From: a virus
Lineage: Duplodnaviria > Caudoviricetes
Length of the DNA: 46,279 bases
Reading direction: 5' to 3' (one strand)
Virus record (IMG/VR): IMGVR_UViG_3300046779_000472
Coordinates: 1 to 46,279 of that record
How positions within the stretch are numbered: position 1 is the stretch's first letter; every line of letters starts with the position of its first letter. A program made the position numbers and the translations under genes. Under the pieces are notes generated by a model. The model was not told where the DNA came from. It did not search any database and saw nothing but the letters and a program-made list of their open reading frames with translations. Positions 9,314-21,303 of the stretch are shown piece by piece.

Positions 9314-10326
9314 TGACAACGATGGAAGAAGCTCTAGCAGCTCTAGACCCACGCATACGCAAGCGTTTATCTAATGGTGTAGGGTTCAAGACTGAGTATC
9401 AAAAGACTCCTAGTCATGGACTTAACCGTGCCCTAAACGGTGGACTACCTCTTGGTCGTCAGGTACTAATCTGGGGATCTAAGTCGTCTGCAAAGTCATC
9501 GCTATGCCTTCAGATGATTGGTGATGCCCAGGCAGAAGGAAAGCTTTGTGCATGGATTGATGCCGAGATGTCGTACTCAGAAGAGTGGGCTAAAAATCTT
9601 GGGGTAGACACAGACAAGCTAATCGTGTCACAAGCACGTACTATTAATGAGATGGTTGACGTAGGTACAGCATTGATGAATGCTGGAGTTGATATTATTG
9701 TGATCGACTCTATTACATCATTGCTACCTGCTATTTACTTTGAGAAGGGCACTGATGAACTTAAAGAACTTGAAAACACAAAGCAAATTGGAGCTGAGTC
9801 TAGAGACTTTAGTAACGCATGGAAGATGCTCAACTATGCCAATAACAAGGTTAAGCCTACGATGCTTGTTCTTATTAGTCAATCTCGTAACAATATTAGT
9901 GCTATGTATACAAGTCAGCAGCCTTCGGGTGGCCAGGCTACTAAGTTCTACAGCTCAACTGTTATCAAACTTTTCTCTTCTGAGTCAGACAACCAAGCAA
10001 TTAAAGGCAAGATTGCGGTGGGAGATAAGCTCATTGAAGAGAAGGTAGGACGTAAGGTTCGTTGGGAAGTCCAATTCTCAAAGACTTCTCCTGCATTCCA
10101 GTCTGGAGAATATGATTTTTACTTCAGAGGCGGTCTGCTGGGCATAGACAGTGTCGGAGACCTGGTTGATACTGCAGAGATGATGGGCATTGTAGAGCGT
10201 ACAGGAGCCTGGTATATCCTGCCAGATGGTTCTAAGATCCAGGGTAGGGAAGCATTTGTTAATCGTGTAAGAGAAGACGTAGATCTTCAGGATTCAATTA
10301 AGGCTAAGGTCAATGGCGAAGTATAA
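9313..10326 (+). CDS. recA: RecA/UvsX-like recombinase
   Basis: WIDAE, IIVIDSI, SGGQATKFYSS, GAWY; variant Walker A GSKSSAKS. Confidence 0.88.
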   Translation: MTTMEEALAALDPRIRKRLSNGVGFKTEYQKTPSHGLNRALNGGLPLGRQVLIWGSKSSAKSSLCLQMIGDAQAEGKLCAWIDAEMSYSEEWAKNLGVDTDKLIVSQARTINEMVDVGTALMNAGVDIIVIDSITSLLPAIYFEKGTDELKELENTKQIGAESRDFSNAWKMLNYANNKVKPTMLVLISQSRNNISAMYTSQQPSGGQATKFYSSTVIKLFSSESDNQAIKGKIAVGDKLIEEKVGRKVRWEVQFSKTSPAFQSGEYDFYFRGGLLGIDSVGDLVDTAEMMGIVERTGAWYILPDGSKIQGREAFVNRVREDVDLQDSIKAKVNGEV

Positions 10327-10498
10327 CATTTATCATGGTAAGTTTAGGTGTCAGGATTGTGGCAAAGAGGTAACATCTCTACGATCATATCCAGAGACCA
10401 AGGAGCTGACCTGGATGTGTCAGGACAAGCATATGAGCAAGGTAGATCTTAATACTAAGAAGAGCAAGAAGGACTATGAGCGAGAAGAGCGAGAGTAA
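10313..10498 (+). CDS. Small Zn-ribbon protein
   Basis: CQDC...C..H; overlaps both neighbouring genes. Confidence 0.55.
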   Translation: MAKYNIYHGKFRCQDCGKEVTSLRSYPETKELTWMCQDKHMSKVDLNTKKSKKDYEREERE

Positions 10499-10760
10499 GC
10501 GTTTAGGTGCTAAGCAGCACAAGAACTCTGGTCGTGGAACTCATAAAGGCGATGCATCTTGGGAAAACTTTACGGTTGACTTTAAAGAGGTTGGAAAATC
10601 ATTTACCCTTAATAAAGAGGTATGGGCTAAGGCCACCACTGACGCAATTAGGAACGGTAACGATCCAGCAATAGTTGTCGTCATTGGTGAGTCTGGCATC
10701 AAAACTAGGCTGGCCGTCATTGAGATGTCAATTTTAGAGCAGCTTATCGATGGTGTATAA
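10476..10760 (+). CDS. Putative PD-(D/E)XK Holliday junction resolvase
   Basis: NSG...KGD...VDFKE motif. Confidence 0.6.
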   Translation: MSEKSESKRLGAKQHKNSGRGTHKGDASWENFTVDFKEVGKSFTLNKEVWAKATTDAIRNGNDPAIVVVIGESGIKTRLAVIEMSILEQLIDGV

Positions 10761-10767
10761 TTAAACC

Positions 10768-11364
10768 ATGAAGTTTGATGAAAAAAATACAACAATAAAA
10801 GAAGTGCTCTCAAAAGAAGAAATTGAAGAGATTTACTGGCTTGTGGAGCAATCCTATAATAAATATTTGATGAGGACCTTTACCCAGACAGTATCAGACT
10901 TCGATCTGCCATATAGAATAGCTAAAAAAATAATCTCTCATGCAGAAGATATTTCTGGAGAGTGTGGCCTAGAGATCGAGTCTTATCAGTTTGCTAAGTA
11001 CAAGAAGCTTGTGGATGAGGATGGCGTAGTCCTAATGCCTAATCTAACACCACACTGCGACCTAACCTTTACCGAGCCAAGGTTCACCTTTGACTATCAA
11101 ATTGGAGGAAATACATCTTGGCCAATTTATGTGGAGGGCAGAGAGTACACTCTTGCTAACAATGAGGCTATAACTTTTAGTGGCACTCACCAGGTTCACT
11201 GGAGACAAAGAAAAACATTCTCTGACACAGATTACATAGATATGGTTTTCTTTCACCTAAAAAAGAGAACTGGTGTTCCGTATGAAGCATCAGTTGTTGA
11301 AAAGGTTCATGCAAAGATAGATGAATATACTAAGCTATATCAGAATGGAGAATACGATGAATGA
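10768..11364 (+). CDS. 2OG-Fe(II) oxygenase-like protein
   Basis: HxD (PHCD), distal H and R (QVHWR); leaderless. Confidence 0.65.
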   Translation: MKFDEKNTTIKEVLSKEEIEEIYWLVEQSYNKYLMRTFTQTVSDFDLPYRIAKKIISHAEDISGECGLEIESYQFAKYKKLVDEDGVVLMPNLTPHCDLTFTEPRFTFDYQIGGNTSWPIYVEGREYTLANNEAITFSGTHQVHWRQRKTFSDTDYIDMVFFHLKKRTGVPYEASVVEKVHAKIDEYTKLYQNGEYDE

Positions 11365-12133
11365 TGAAGTCCCAATGTGGAACTATCTTTCTGGTCTAGA
11401 CAAATACTCAGAGCCACTGCCGATCTATGTTGAAAAACCTTTCTCAGACTCTCAGGTAGATTCGTTAAAAAATATAATTAATGATAAGCTCTCTGTTTCT
11501 GCAAACTATTACTTGGTCCCTGGCGGCCAGGAAGAGTACAGGGGGGAAAACTGGCATGACCCTAAAAAGGTTGTTCATATGTCTAGAGAAATGGTTGAGT
11601 TCGATGCACCGCTAGATGTCGAGCTTACTATGGATGCTTATGTAAAACACCTATATCCAGAAGAAATCAAGCTATGTCACTACAGCTACATAGACTACGA
11701 TCCTCGTCATGGCGAGGGTAGATATGCTCCATCGCTGCCACCACACATAGACAACACAGAGACAATAGTTACATTTAACTATATGCTAGATGGAAATATT
11801 GATTGGGATATCTACATTGACAATAAGCCGTACAGCCTAAAGACTGGGGACGCCATTCTTTTTAGTGCGATTAATCAGGTTCACTGGAGACCAAAGAGAG
11901 CCTGGAAGGAGGGGGAGTTTGTTAAGATACTTACTTTTGACTACTCACCGCTCTCTGACTGGAGATTTACTGGTCAGCCATATCCACTAGATCCAGTTCT
12001 ATATCAGGATCGTGTGCAAAAGTATCTAGATAGACTTCACGACTTTCCGCAGATTCAAGATGCTTGGACCATGTATAATAAATTAGGATTAGAAAACAAT
12101 ATACCAGTAGACAAACACGGATTAATAGGTTAG
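11357..12133 (+). CDS. 2OG-Fe(II) oxygenase-like protein, paralog of the preceding gene
   Basis: PPHID...QVHWR; start moved to ATG 11357 after GGAG. Confidence 0.65.
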   Translation: MNDEVPMWNYLSGLDKYSEPLPIYVEKPFSDSQVDSLKNIINDKLSVSANYYLVPGGQEEYRGENWHDPKKVVHMSREMVEFDAPLDVELTMDAYVKHLYPEEIKLCHYSYIDYDPRHGEGRYAPSLPPHIDNTETIVTFNYMLDGNIDWDIYIDNKPYSLKTGDAILFSAINQVHWRPKRAWKEGEFVKILTFDYSPLSDWRFTGQPYPLDPVLYQDRVQKYLDRLHDFPQIQDAWTMYNKLGLENNIPVDKHGLIG

Positions 12134-12142
12134 AATATAAAG

Positions 12143-12448
12143 ATGGAACAAGAGAAAACAACAATAGAAATGGTCAACGGTCTGACAGAGATCGCTGACT
12201 TCATGAATGACGAAGAGCTGACCACAGCACTTACATTTATTGCAAAGATTATTATTAAGCCAGACATTCCGTTGAATGTCGCAACCGTAGAGATCGTTAG
12301 ACTGCAAGCAATTGCTGCCAAGATGGCCTTTAAGGCAACATGGTTGACTAACGTAGATAAGGGAGATAGAGCGAAGAAGAATATATACTATACTGCTGCA
12401 GAATCAATTAATCAATTGGTATCAGCTCTAAAGTATATTACTCGCTAG
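12143..12448 (+). CDS. Hypothetical protein
   Basis: 101 aa helical; ATG 6 nt after TAGAAT. Confidence 0.65.
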   Translation: MEQEKTTIEMVNGLTEIADFMNDEELTTALTFIAKIIIKPDIPLNVATVEIVRLQAIAAKMAFKATWLTNVDKGDRAKKNIYYTAAESINQLVSALKYITR

Positions 12449-12456
12449 GTGTTATT

Positions 12457-13272
12457 ATGGCAAAAAGTTTATTAAAAGAAGTAATGTTAAAGCCAGTTCA
12501 GAAGAAGATTGATTCATTTCTTGACACTGATCAGCTAATCGAAAAGATTAGAGAAGGCTATACAATTAAGCGTGAGGCAAAGTTTACAACAAAGAAGACA
12601 TTTGCTCCATCAACAATTGCATTCTCCCATGGGGAGTGTCCTCGTTATTGGTACCTAGCTTTTAATGGTGCAGTATTCGAAGACAATGCAGATGCTTATG
12701 GCGGTGCTAATATGACTGCTGGTACTAAGTCTCACGAGCGTATCCAGGAAGCTATGGGCAATGTCCCAAATCTTCTAGTCGATTCGGAATTTAAGATTAC
12801 ATACAATGACCCTCCAATTTTTGGTTACGGCGACGTAATGCTAAATTGGGAGGGAGAAGAGCTACTTGGCGAGATTAAGACTATGCCAAGTGAGGGATTC
12901 GAGTATAGAAAGAATCACGGTAAGCCAAAGACTGGCCACCTGATTCAGCTACTAATCTATATGAAAATCCTAAATAAGACAAAGGCAGTTCTTATATATG
13001 AGAATAAGAATAATCACGACTTGTTGATTCTGCCTGTCGAAGTAACTCCTGGTAGTTACTATGTTCAGTGGGTAAACCAAGCATTTGAATGGATGAAGAC
13101 AGTTAGAAAGGCCTGGGAAGATAAGACCTTGCCTGAGAAAAACTACCGTTCAAATTCTAAGATCTGCAAGACGTGTCCTCTTCAGGCTGCGTGTGCGGAT
13201 GCTGGTGAGGGACTATTAAAGATTAAATCTTTGGAGCCTCTAGATGAAAACCAAGCACTGCCAGTGGTGTGA
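12457..13272 (+). CDS. Cas4-like PD-(D/E)XK exonuclease
   Basis: ECPRYWY, GTKSH, GYGD...EIKT, QLLIY, C-terminal CKTC...C (Fe-S ligands). Confidence 0.8.
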   Translation: MAKSLLKEVMLKPVQKKIDSFLDTDQLIEKIREGYTIKREAKFTTKKTFAPSTIAFSHGECPRYWYLAFNGAVFEDNADAYGGANMTAGTKSHERIQEAMGNVPNLLVDSEFKITYNDPPIFGYGDVMLNWEGEELLGEIKTMPSEGFEYRKNHGKPKTGHLIQLLIYMKILNKTKAVLIYENKNNHDLLILPVEVTPGSYYVQWVNQAFEWMKTVRKAWEDKTLPEKNYRSNSKICKTCPLQAACADAGEGLLKIKSLEPLDENQALPVV

Positions 13273-13543
13273 CAATCACTTTGACACTGAAATATCATAT
13301 CAAATCTACTGTTCGGTAGGTTGCAGAGATTCTGCTACTAAAGAAAAAATAGCTGCACGATATCAAATATCACGCAGAAAGAAAAGGTTTGGCAAAACAA
13401 GGCCATGTGGTTCTTGTGGAGCCAACCTTTCTATTTATAATGATGATACGTTGTGTCAACAGTGCTTGGTAAATCCAAATGACGTAAATAAAATACTTAA
13501 AGAGATCAAGGGGTTTGCCAATGGTAAACATAAGGAAGATTAA
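13244..13543 (+). CDS. Cys-rich Zn-finger protein
   Basis: CQWC, YCSVGC, CGSC, CQQC. Confidence 0.6.
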   Translation: MKTKHCQWCDNHFDTEISYQIYCSVGCRDSATKEKIAARYQISRRKKRFGKTRPCGSCGANLSIYNDDTLCQQCLVNPNDVNKILKEIKGFANGKHKED

Positions 13544-14096
13544 TGAAAAGCCCAAAAATATTTGTGCTATCGATGCTAGTACTAATAGCCTTGCTTTTGC
13601 TATCTTTTCTGGTAATACCTTAGTAAAGTGTGGCAAAATTAGGTTCGACGGACTTAATGCCTATCAAAAGCTGGGGGATGCCGCTAGAAAGTCAATGCCG
13701 TTCTTCAAACAGTTTGAGATAGATGCCATCGTTATTGAGCATACAATATTTATCAACAGTCCAAAGACAGCATCTGACCTAGCACTGATTCAGGGTGCTC
13801 TATTGGGGGCAGCTAGAATTTCTGGGGTGCGTACAGCAGGATCTATTAATCCAATTACATGGCAAACATTTATTGGTAATGGTAAGCTGACCACAGCCGA
13901 GAAGCAAAAGATGATGCTAGATTTTCCAGGGAAGTCAAAGAACTGGTACCAGAACAAGTCTCGTGAAATAAGGAAGCAGCGAACAATTAAGTTTGTTAAT
14001 ACTTATTATGATAAACAAATAACTGATGATGATGTTGCAGATGCAATTGGCATTGGTCACTATGCAATTAATAATTGGGGAAAGATTGACAAATAA
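13521..14096 (+). CDS. RuvC-like Holliday junction resolvase
   Basis: AIDAST, IVIEH, DDVADAIGIG (RNase H-fold acidic residues). Confidence 0.75.
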   Translation: MVNIRKINEKPKNICAIDASTNSLAFAIFSGNTLVKCGKIRFDGLNAYQKLGDAARKSMPFFKQFEIDAIVIEHTIFINSPKTASDLALIQGALLGAARISGVRTAGSINPITWQTFIGNGKLTTAEKQKMMLDFPGKSKNWYQNKSREIRKQRTIKFVNTYYDKQITDDDVADAIGIGHYAINNWGKIDK

Positions 14097-14249
14097 ATGG
14101 CAAAACTATATACTAATGAAGCGTGGTTAAAGAAACGCTACTGGCTGGACAAAAAGAGTCCAGAAGAAATCGCAAAAGAATGTGGGACAAGCGTAGAAAC
14201 AATCTATGTTTATCTTGCAAAATTTAAGCTTAGGAGATCAAAGAGATGA
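14097..14249 (+). CDS. Small HTH DNA-binding protein (50 aa, below the ORF-track cutoff)
   Basis: MAKLYTNEAWLKKRYWLDKKSPEEIAKECGTSVETIYVYLAKFKL; ATGA overlap with the next gene. Confidence 0.7.
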   Translation: MAKLYTNEAWLKKRYWLDKKSPEEIAKECGTSVETIYVYLAKFKLRRSKR

Positions 14250-14461
14250 CCGATATGGTAGATCACCCAGTGCACTATACTTCAGATCCATCTGGGGTAG
14301 AATGCATAGACGTAACCCGTCACCGCAACTTTAATGTTGGAAACGCAATAAAGTATCTATGGAGAGCAGGACTAAAAAATGAAGACAAGCACATCGAAGA
14401 TCTTAAGAAAGCAATCTTTTATATTAATGACGAGATTAAACGACTTGAGGGAAAAGCCTAA
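14246..14461 (+). CDS. DUF3310 (SaV-like) protein
   Basis: DMVDHPVHY...ECID...GNAIKYLWRAGLK...EDLKKAIFY. Confidence 0.8.
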   Translation: MTDMVDHPVHYTSDPSGVECIDVTRHRNFNVGNAIKYLWRAGLKNEDKHIEDLKKAIFYINDEIKRLEGKA

Positions 14462-14703
14462 TGACCCAACTCCAAAAGGAAGCACAGCTAGTCCTGCCAG
14501 ACGGGAAGATAATCGTTAGAGGAGAAATCTTCAAGGTGTCTGGAGAGTACGGGCTTAAGTTTAAGTTCGACAGTCTAGTTAGACATGAGAATGGTGCCGA
14601 ATGGGTTGATTGCTTTGAGGTATTTCGTGGACAGGCTGGGGCATTTAGAAGCTTCAGATCTGATAGAATTAAACGTATACCAAAGAAAAGAGTAAAGAAA
14701 TAA
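14461..14703 (+). CDS. Hypothetical protein
   Basis: 80 aa with TAATG coupling at both ends. Confidence 0.6.
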   Translation: MTQLQKEAQLVLPDGKIIVRGEIFKVSGEYGLKFKFDSLVRHENGAEWVDCFEVFRGQAGAFRSFRSDRIKRIPKKRVKK

Positions 14704-15239
14704 TGTCAACAGAAGCAGATTTAGTAGCTCACCTAGATGAGGTAAACCGTGTAGTAGAAAAGTATCTGCAGGGTAATGAGCCTACCCAGATTTCAAAAGA
14801 GCTTGCTATGCCTAGACAAAAGGTTGTAGCACTTATTGATGAATGGCGTGGACTTGCTGCAGATAATGCGATTATCCGTGCACGTGCCAAGGAAGCCCTG
14901 GCAGGAGCAGATGCCCATTACAACAAGCTAATTCAAAAAGCATATGAGGTTATGGACGATGCCACTACAACTGCTAACCTAAATGCCAAGAATGCATCTA
15001 TTAAACTGGTTGTGGATATTGAAAAGACTAGAATTGATATGCTTCAAAAGGCTGGACTTCTTGAGAACAAGGAACTGGCCGAAGAGATGATGGAGATTGA
15101 ACGCAATCAGGATATCCTAAAGAACATCTTGCGTGACATTGCCACAGAGCACCCAGAAGTGCGTGACAAGATTATGCGTAGACTATCTGAGGTGTCTAAG
15201 GAAAAGGAAGTAGTAACAATTGTCCACGATGTTCAATGA
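14703..15239 (+). CDS. Putative terminase small subunit (HTH plus helical)
   Basis: N-terminal HTH-like segment; directly upstream of and overlapping TerL. Confidence 0.5.
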   Translation: MSTEADLVAHLDEVNRVVEKYLQGNEPTQISKELAMPRQKVVALIDEWRGLAADNAIIRARAKEALAGADAHYNKLIQKAYEVMDDATTTANLNAKNASIKLVVDIEKTRIDMLQKAGLLENKELAEEMMEIERNQDILKNILRDIATEHPEVRDKIMRRLSEVSKEKEVVTIVHDVQ

Positions 15240-17004
15240 GTTCTTTGAGGTACTTAAGGATAATAACTTTGCTGAAGTTCCAGTAGATGCTAAGACATTT
15301 GTGGAGGGTGAGGCATATCTAGGACAGCCACCGCTATCTCAGGTACAGTACGACATCGTAGAGGCCATGAGCCAGATCTACAAGCTAGAAGATCTGATAG
15401 ACTTGTTAGGTGAGGAAGAGGGCAGAAGATATTACAAGAAGTACACGAAGAATGAGGTTATCCTTCAGCTGGGCAAGGGATCTGGTAAAGACTTTACCTC
15501 TACCGTTGCTTGCTCCTATATTGTTTATAAGCTACTCTGCCTTAAAGACCCTGCTCGCTATTTTGGTAAGCCAAGCGGTGATGCTATTGACATCATTAAC
15601 GTGGCTATCAACGCCCAGCAGGCAAAGAACGTTTTCTTTAAAGGATTTAAATCAAAGATTGAAAGGTCTCCGTGGTTCGCTGGTAAGTTTAACGCCAAGG
15701 CTGAAAGTATTGAGTTTGATCATTCGATTACGGTCTACTCAGGTCACTCTGAAAGAGAATCGCATGAAGGTCTTAACCTTATACTCGCAGTTCTTGATGA
15801 GATATCTGGTTTTGCTCAAGAGATTGGCACAGGTAATGATCAAGGTAAGACTGCGGATAATATCTACAAAGCTTTCCGTGCGTCAGTAGACTCACGTTTC
15901 CCAGATCTTGGCAAGGTAGCACTGCTATCATTCCCACGTTATCCAGGAGACTTTATCTCCACACGCTATGACGATGTGATCGCAGAAAAAGAAGTTATTC
16001 ACAAGACTCACAAGTTTATTATGAATCCAGATCTGCCAGAAAATGCTGAGGGCAACTCTCTAGAAATCGAGTGGGATGAAGATACCATTATTTCCTACAA
16101 GTATCCAGGAATGTTTGCACTAAAGCGTCCAACCTGGGTAGTAAATCCAACCAGACAGATTGACGACTTCAAGCTTGCATTCTATACAGACATCGGAGAT
16201 GCTATGCAACGTTTTGCATGTGTTCCAACCTTCGCATCTGACGCATTCTTTAAGCAGCAGGACAAGGTACGTGCCTGTATGACCATCAGAAATCCGATAG
16301 ACAACTCTAAGAGATTTGATGAAACCTTTAAGCCAGATCCAAATAAGAAATATTACGTCCACGCTGACCTTGCACAGAAGCATGACAAGTGTGCTGTGGC
16401 AATTGCTCACGTAGAAAAGTGGGTATCTGTTCAGGTAATGAAAGATTACGAACAAGTAGTCCCTATGGTAATTGTAGATGCTGTGGTATACTGGGAGCCA
16501 AAGATTGAGGGACCTGTAAACCTTTCAGAGGTAAAGCAGTGGATTCAAAATCTACGTAGGCAGGGCTTTGATATCGGCATGGTATCATTTGACCGCTGGC
16601 AGTCATTCGATATTCAGAATGAGCTTAAGGCTGTAGGTATTCGTACTGAAACAGTTTCTGTTGCAAAGAAGCACTACGAGGACATGGCCATGCTAGTCTA
16701 TGAAGAGCGTCTGGCTATGCCTGCAATCGAGCTTCTATTTGAAGAGCTAACAGAGCTAAAGATCATGAAGAATAACCGTGTAGACCACCCTAGAAAGCTT
16801 TCTAAGGACCTTGCGGATGCTGTTTGTGGTGCTGTATTTGGTGCTATTAGCCACACTCCAAAAGATACCAACCTTGAAGTAGAGGTTCATACTTTTAGGG
16901 ATAGGCCAAAACAAGCACTTGACACGGACTCTAACAATGTGATAAAATATAAACCTATGCCCAAAGAGGTGCAAGACTATTTACAAAGATTTGATTTAAT
17001 ATAA
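15220..17004 (+). CDS. terL: Terminase large subunit
   Basis: Walker A LGKGSGKD, Walker B AVLDE, nuclease VHADLA, FDRWQS, DHP...SKDLADA. Confidence 0.85.
   Translation: MSTMFNEFFEVLKDNNFAEVPVDAKTFVEGEAYLGQPPLSQVQYDIVEAMSQIYKLEDLIDLLGEEEGRRYYKKYTKNEVILQLGKGSGKDFTSTVACSYIVYKLLCLKDPARYFGKPSGDAIDIINVAINAQQAKNVFFKGFKSKIERSPWFAGKFNAKAESIEFDHSITVYSGHSERESHEGLNLILAVLDEISGFAQEIGTGNDQGKTADNIYKAFRASVDSRFPDLGKVALLSFPRYPGDFISTRYDDVIAEKEVIHKTHKFIMNPDLPENAEGNSLEIEWDEDTIISYKYPGMFALKRPTWVVNPTRQIDDFKLAFYTDIGDAMQRFACVPTFASDAFFKQQDKVRACMTIRNPIDNSKRFDETFKPDPNKKYYVHADLAQKHDKCAVAIAHVEKWVSVQVMKDYEQVVPMVIVDAVVYWEPKIEGPVNLSEVKQWIQNLRRQGFDIGMVSFDRWQSFDIQNELKAVGIRTETVSVAKKHYEDMAMLVYEERLAMPAIELLFEELTELKIMKNNRVDHPRKLSKDLADAVCGAVFGAISHTPKDTNLEVEVHTFRDRPKQALDTDSNNVIKYKPMPKEVQDYLQRFDLI
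16919..16948 (+). promoter_or_regulatory. Promoter for the surface-protein gene
   Basis: TTGACA 16919-16924, 18 nt, TG-A-TAAAAT. Confidence 0.55.
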
Positions 17005-17037
17005 AATCAAAACAATAAAACAAGGAGAAAACAAACT

Positions 17038-17961
17038 ATGACTTCACTAAAGAAGCCACTAATTGCTATTGCCTCTGCAGTAGCACTTGTAACATCTGCT
17101 CTAGTAGCAGCTCCAGCTAATGCAGCTATTTCAGCAGCATTGACTGTTAACAACGTATCAGTTACTGCAGCTGCAACTACTGCTGACCCAGTGCTACTTC
17201 CAGTTCCTGCAGATAACTCTGTAGATGCTGCAGATGCACTTAAGGTTGTAGTTACCGTTGCTGCAAACACTACTGTTTCAGCTACTGCAACTGGTGTTAA
17301 GCTGGTATCAGCTCTTGCAACTGTATCTGCTCCAGTAGCAGCTTCAGCAGGTGCTGCAACATTCTCAGCTAACTCAGGTTCAGGAACTACTGTTACCTTC
17401 TACGCATTCACAACTTCGACTACTGCTGGTTCAGTTGTAGTTACCGTTGGTGGAGACACAACTACTTATGTTGTTAAGGGTACTGCAGGTGCTGCATACA
17501 ACCTAGTTGCATCAGTTCCAACTGTTGCTGGCCTAGGTCTAGATGTAGACTTCACTGCTACTGTAACTGACGTATTCGGTAACGCTGTAACTGGTGCTAC
17601 CATTACTACCTCAGTTCTTCGTGGTACAGTTAAGACTGCACTTACCTACGATGCAACAGACAAGCGTTACGAGGGTGTAATTACTACTCCTACTACCGCT
17701 GGTGCAGTTGCAGGTATCGCAAAGATCACTGCTACTGATGTTGCTGGACTAGCTAAGGCTACAACCGAGGTTGCATTCTCAATTGCTGCTGCAGACCTAG
17801 CTACTCAGGTAGTTACTCTTTCAGCCGATGTTGCTGCTAAGACTGCACAGCTTGCTGCAAAGGATGCAGAGATCAAGGCTCTAAAGGCTAAGTTCAATGC
17901 TCTTGCAAAGAAGTACAACACTAAGGTTGCAAAGAAGTACCAGGTTAAGCCAGTTAAGTAA
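17038..17961 (+). CDS. Secreted Ala/Thr/Val-rich Ig-like surface protein with C-terminal basic coiled coil
   Basis: Signal peptide MTSLKKPLIAIASAVALVTSALVAAPANA; VTDVFGNAV Ig-like motif; strong SD; highly biased codons. Confidence 0.75.
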   Translation: MTSLKKPLIAIASAVALVTSALVAAPANAAISAALTVNNVSVTAAATTADPVLLPVPADNSVDAADALKVVVTVAANTTVSATATGVKLVSALATVSAPVAASAGAATFSANSGSGTTVTFYAFTTSTTAGSVVVTVGGDTTTYVVKGTAGAAYNLVASVPTVAGLGLDVDFTATVTDVFGNAVTGATITTSVLRGTVKTALTYDATDKRYEGVITTPTTAGAVAGIAKITATDVAGLAKATTEVAFSIAAADLATQVVTLSADVAAKTAQLAAKDAEIKALKAKFNALAKKYNTKVAKKYQVKPVK

Positions 17962-17979
17962 ACTAATGCTTTACCGTTT

Positions 17980-18013
17980 GGGGAGGATCTGTTTGGGTCC
18001 TCCCCTTACTCTT
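17980..18013 (+). terminator. Intrinsic terminator
   Basis: GGGGAGGATC...GGTCCTCCCC followed by a pyrimidine tract. Confidence 0.65.
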
Positions 18014-18046
18014 CCCTAGATTTTAAAATGGGGTTAGAATAGATAT

Positions 18047-18089
18047 CCACCCAACTTGGTGGTACCAACCAATAAATTAAAAATGGTAC
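18047..18089 (+). promoter_or_regulatory. Structured nrdE leader (pseudoknot versus hairpin)
   Basis: TTGGT-G-GTACCA-ACCAA-TAAATTAAAAA-TGGTAC pseudoknot overlaps a CCACC/GGTGG hairpin; -10 TAGAAT at 18035. Confidence 0.4.
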
Positions 18090-18125
18090 ATTACTATTAA
18101 CAAAATAAGGAAGGCTAGTCTGCTA

Positions 18126-21199
<3,074 letters not shown>

Positions 21200-21211
21200 T
21201 TTAAAGATTTT

Positions 21212-21246
21212 GGGGGTTGGACAACTGTCTAGCCCCCTTTTTCTTT
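21212..21246 (+). terminator. Intrinsic terminator after nrdF
   Basis: GGGGGTTGGAC...GTCTAGCCCCC followed by TTTTTCTTT. Confidence 0.8.
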
Positions 21247-21303
21247 ATGTAAATAATGATATAATTAAATAGTTAGACATACCCCACTAACAAGGAGATC
21301 ATC

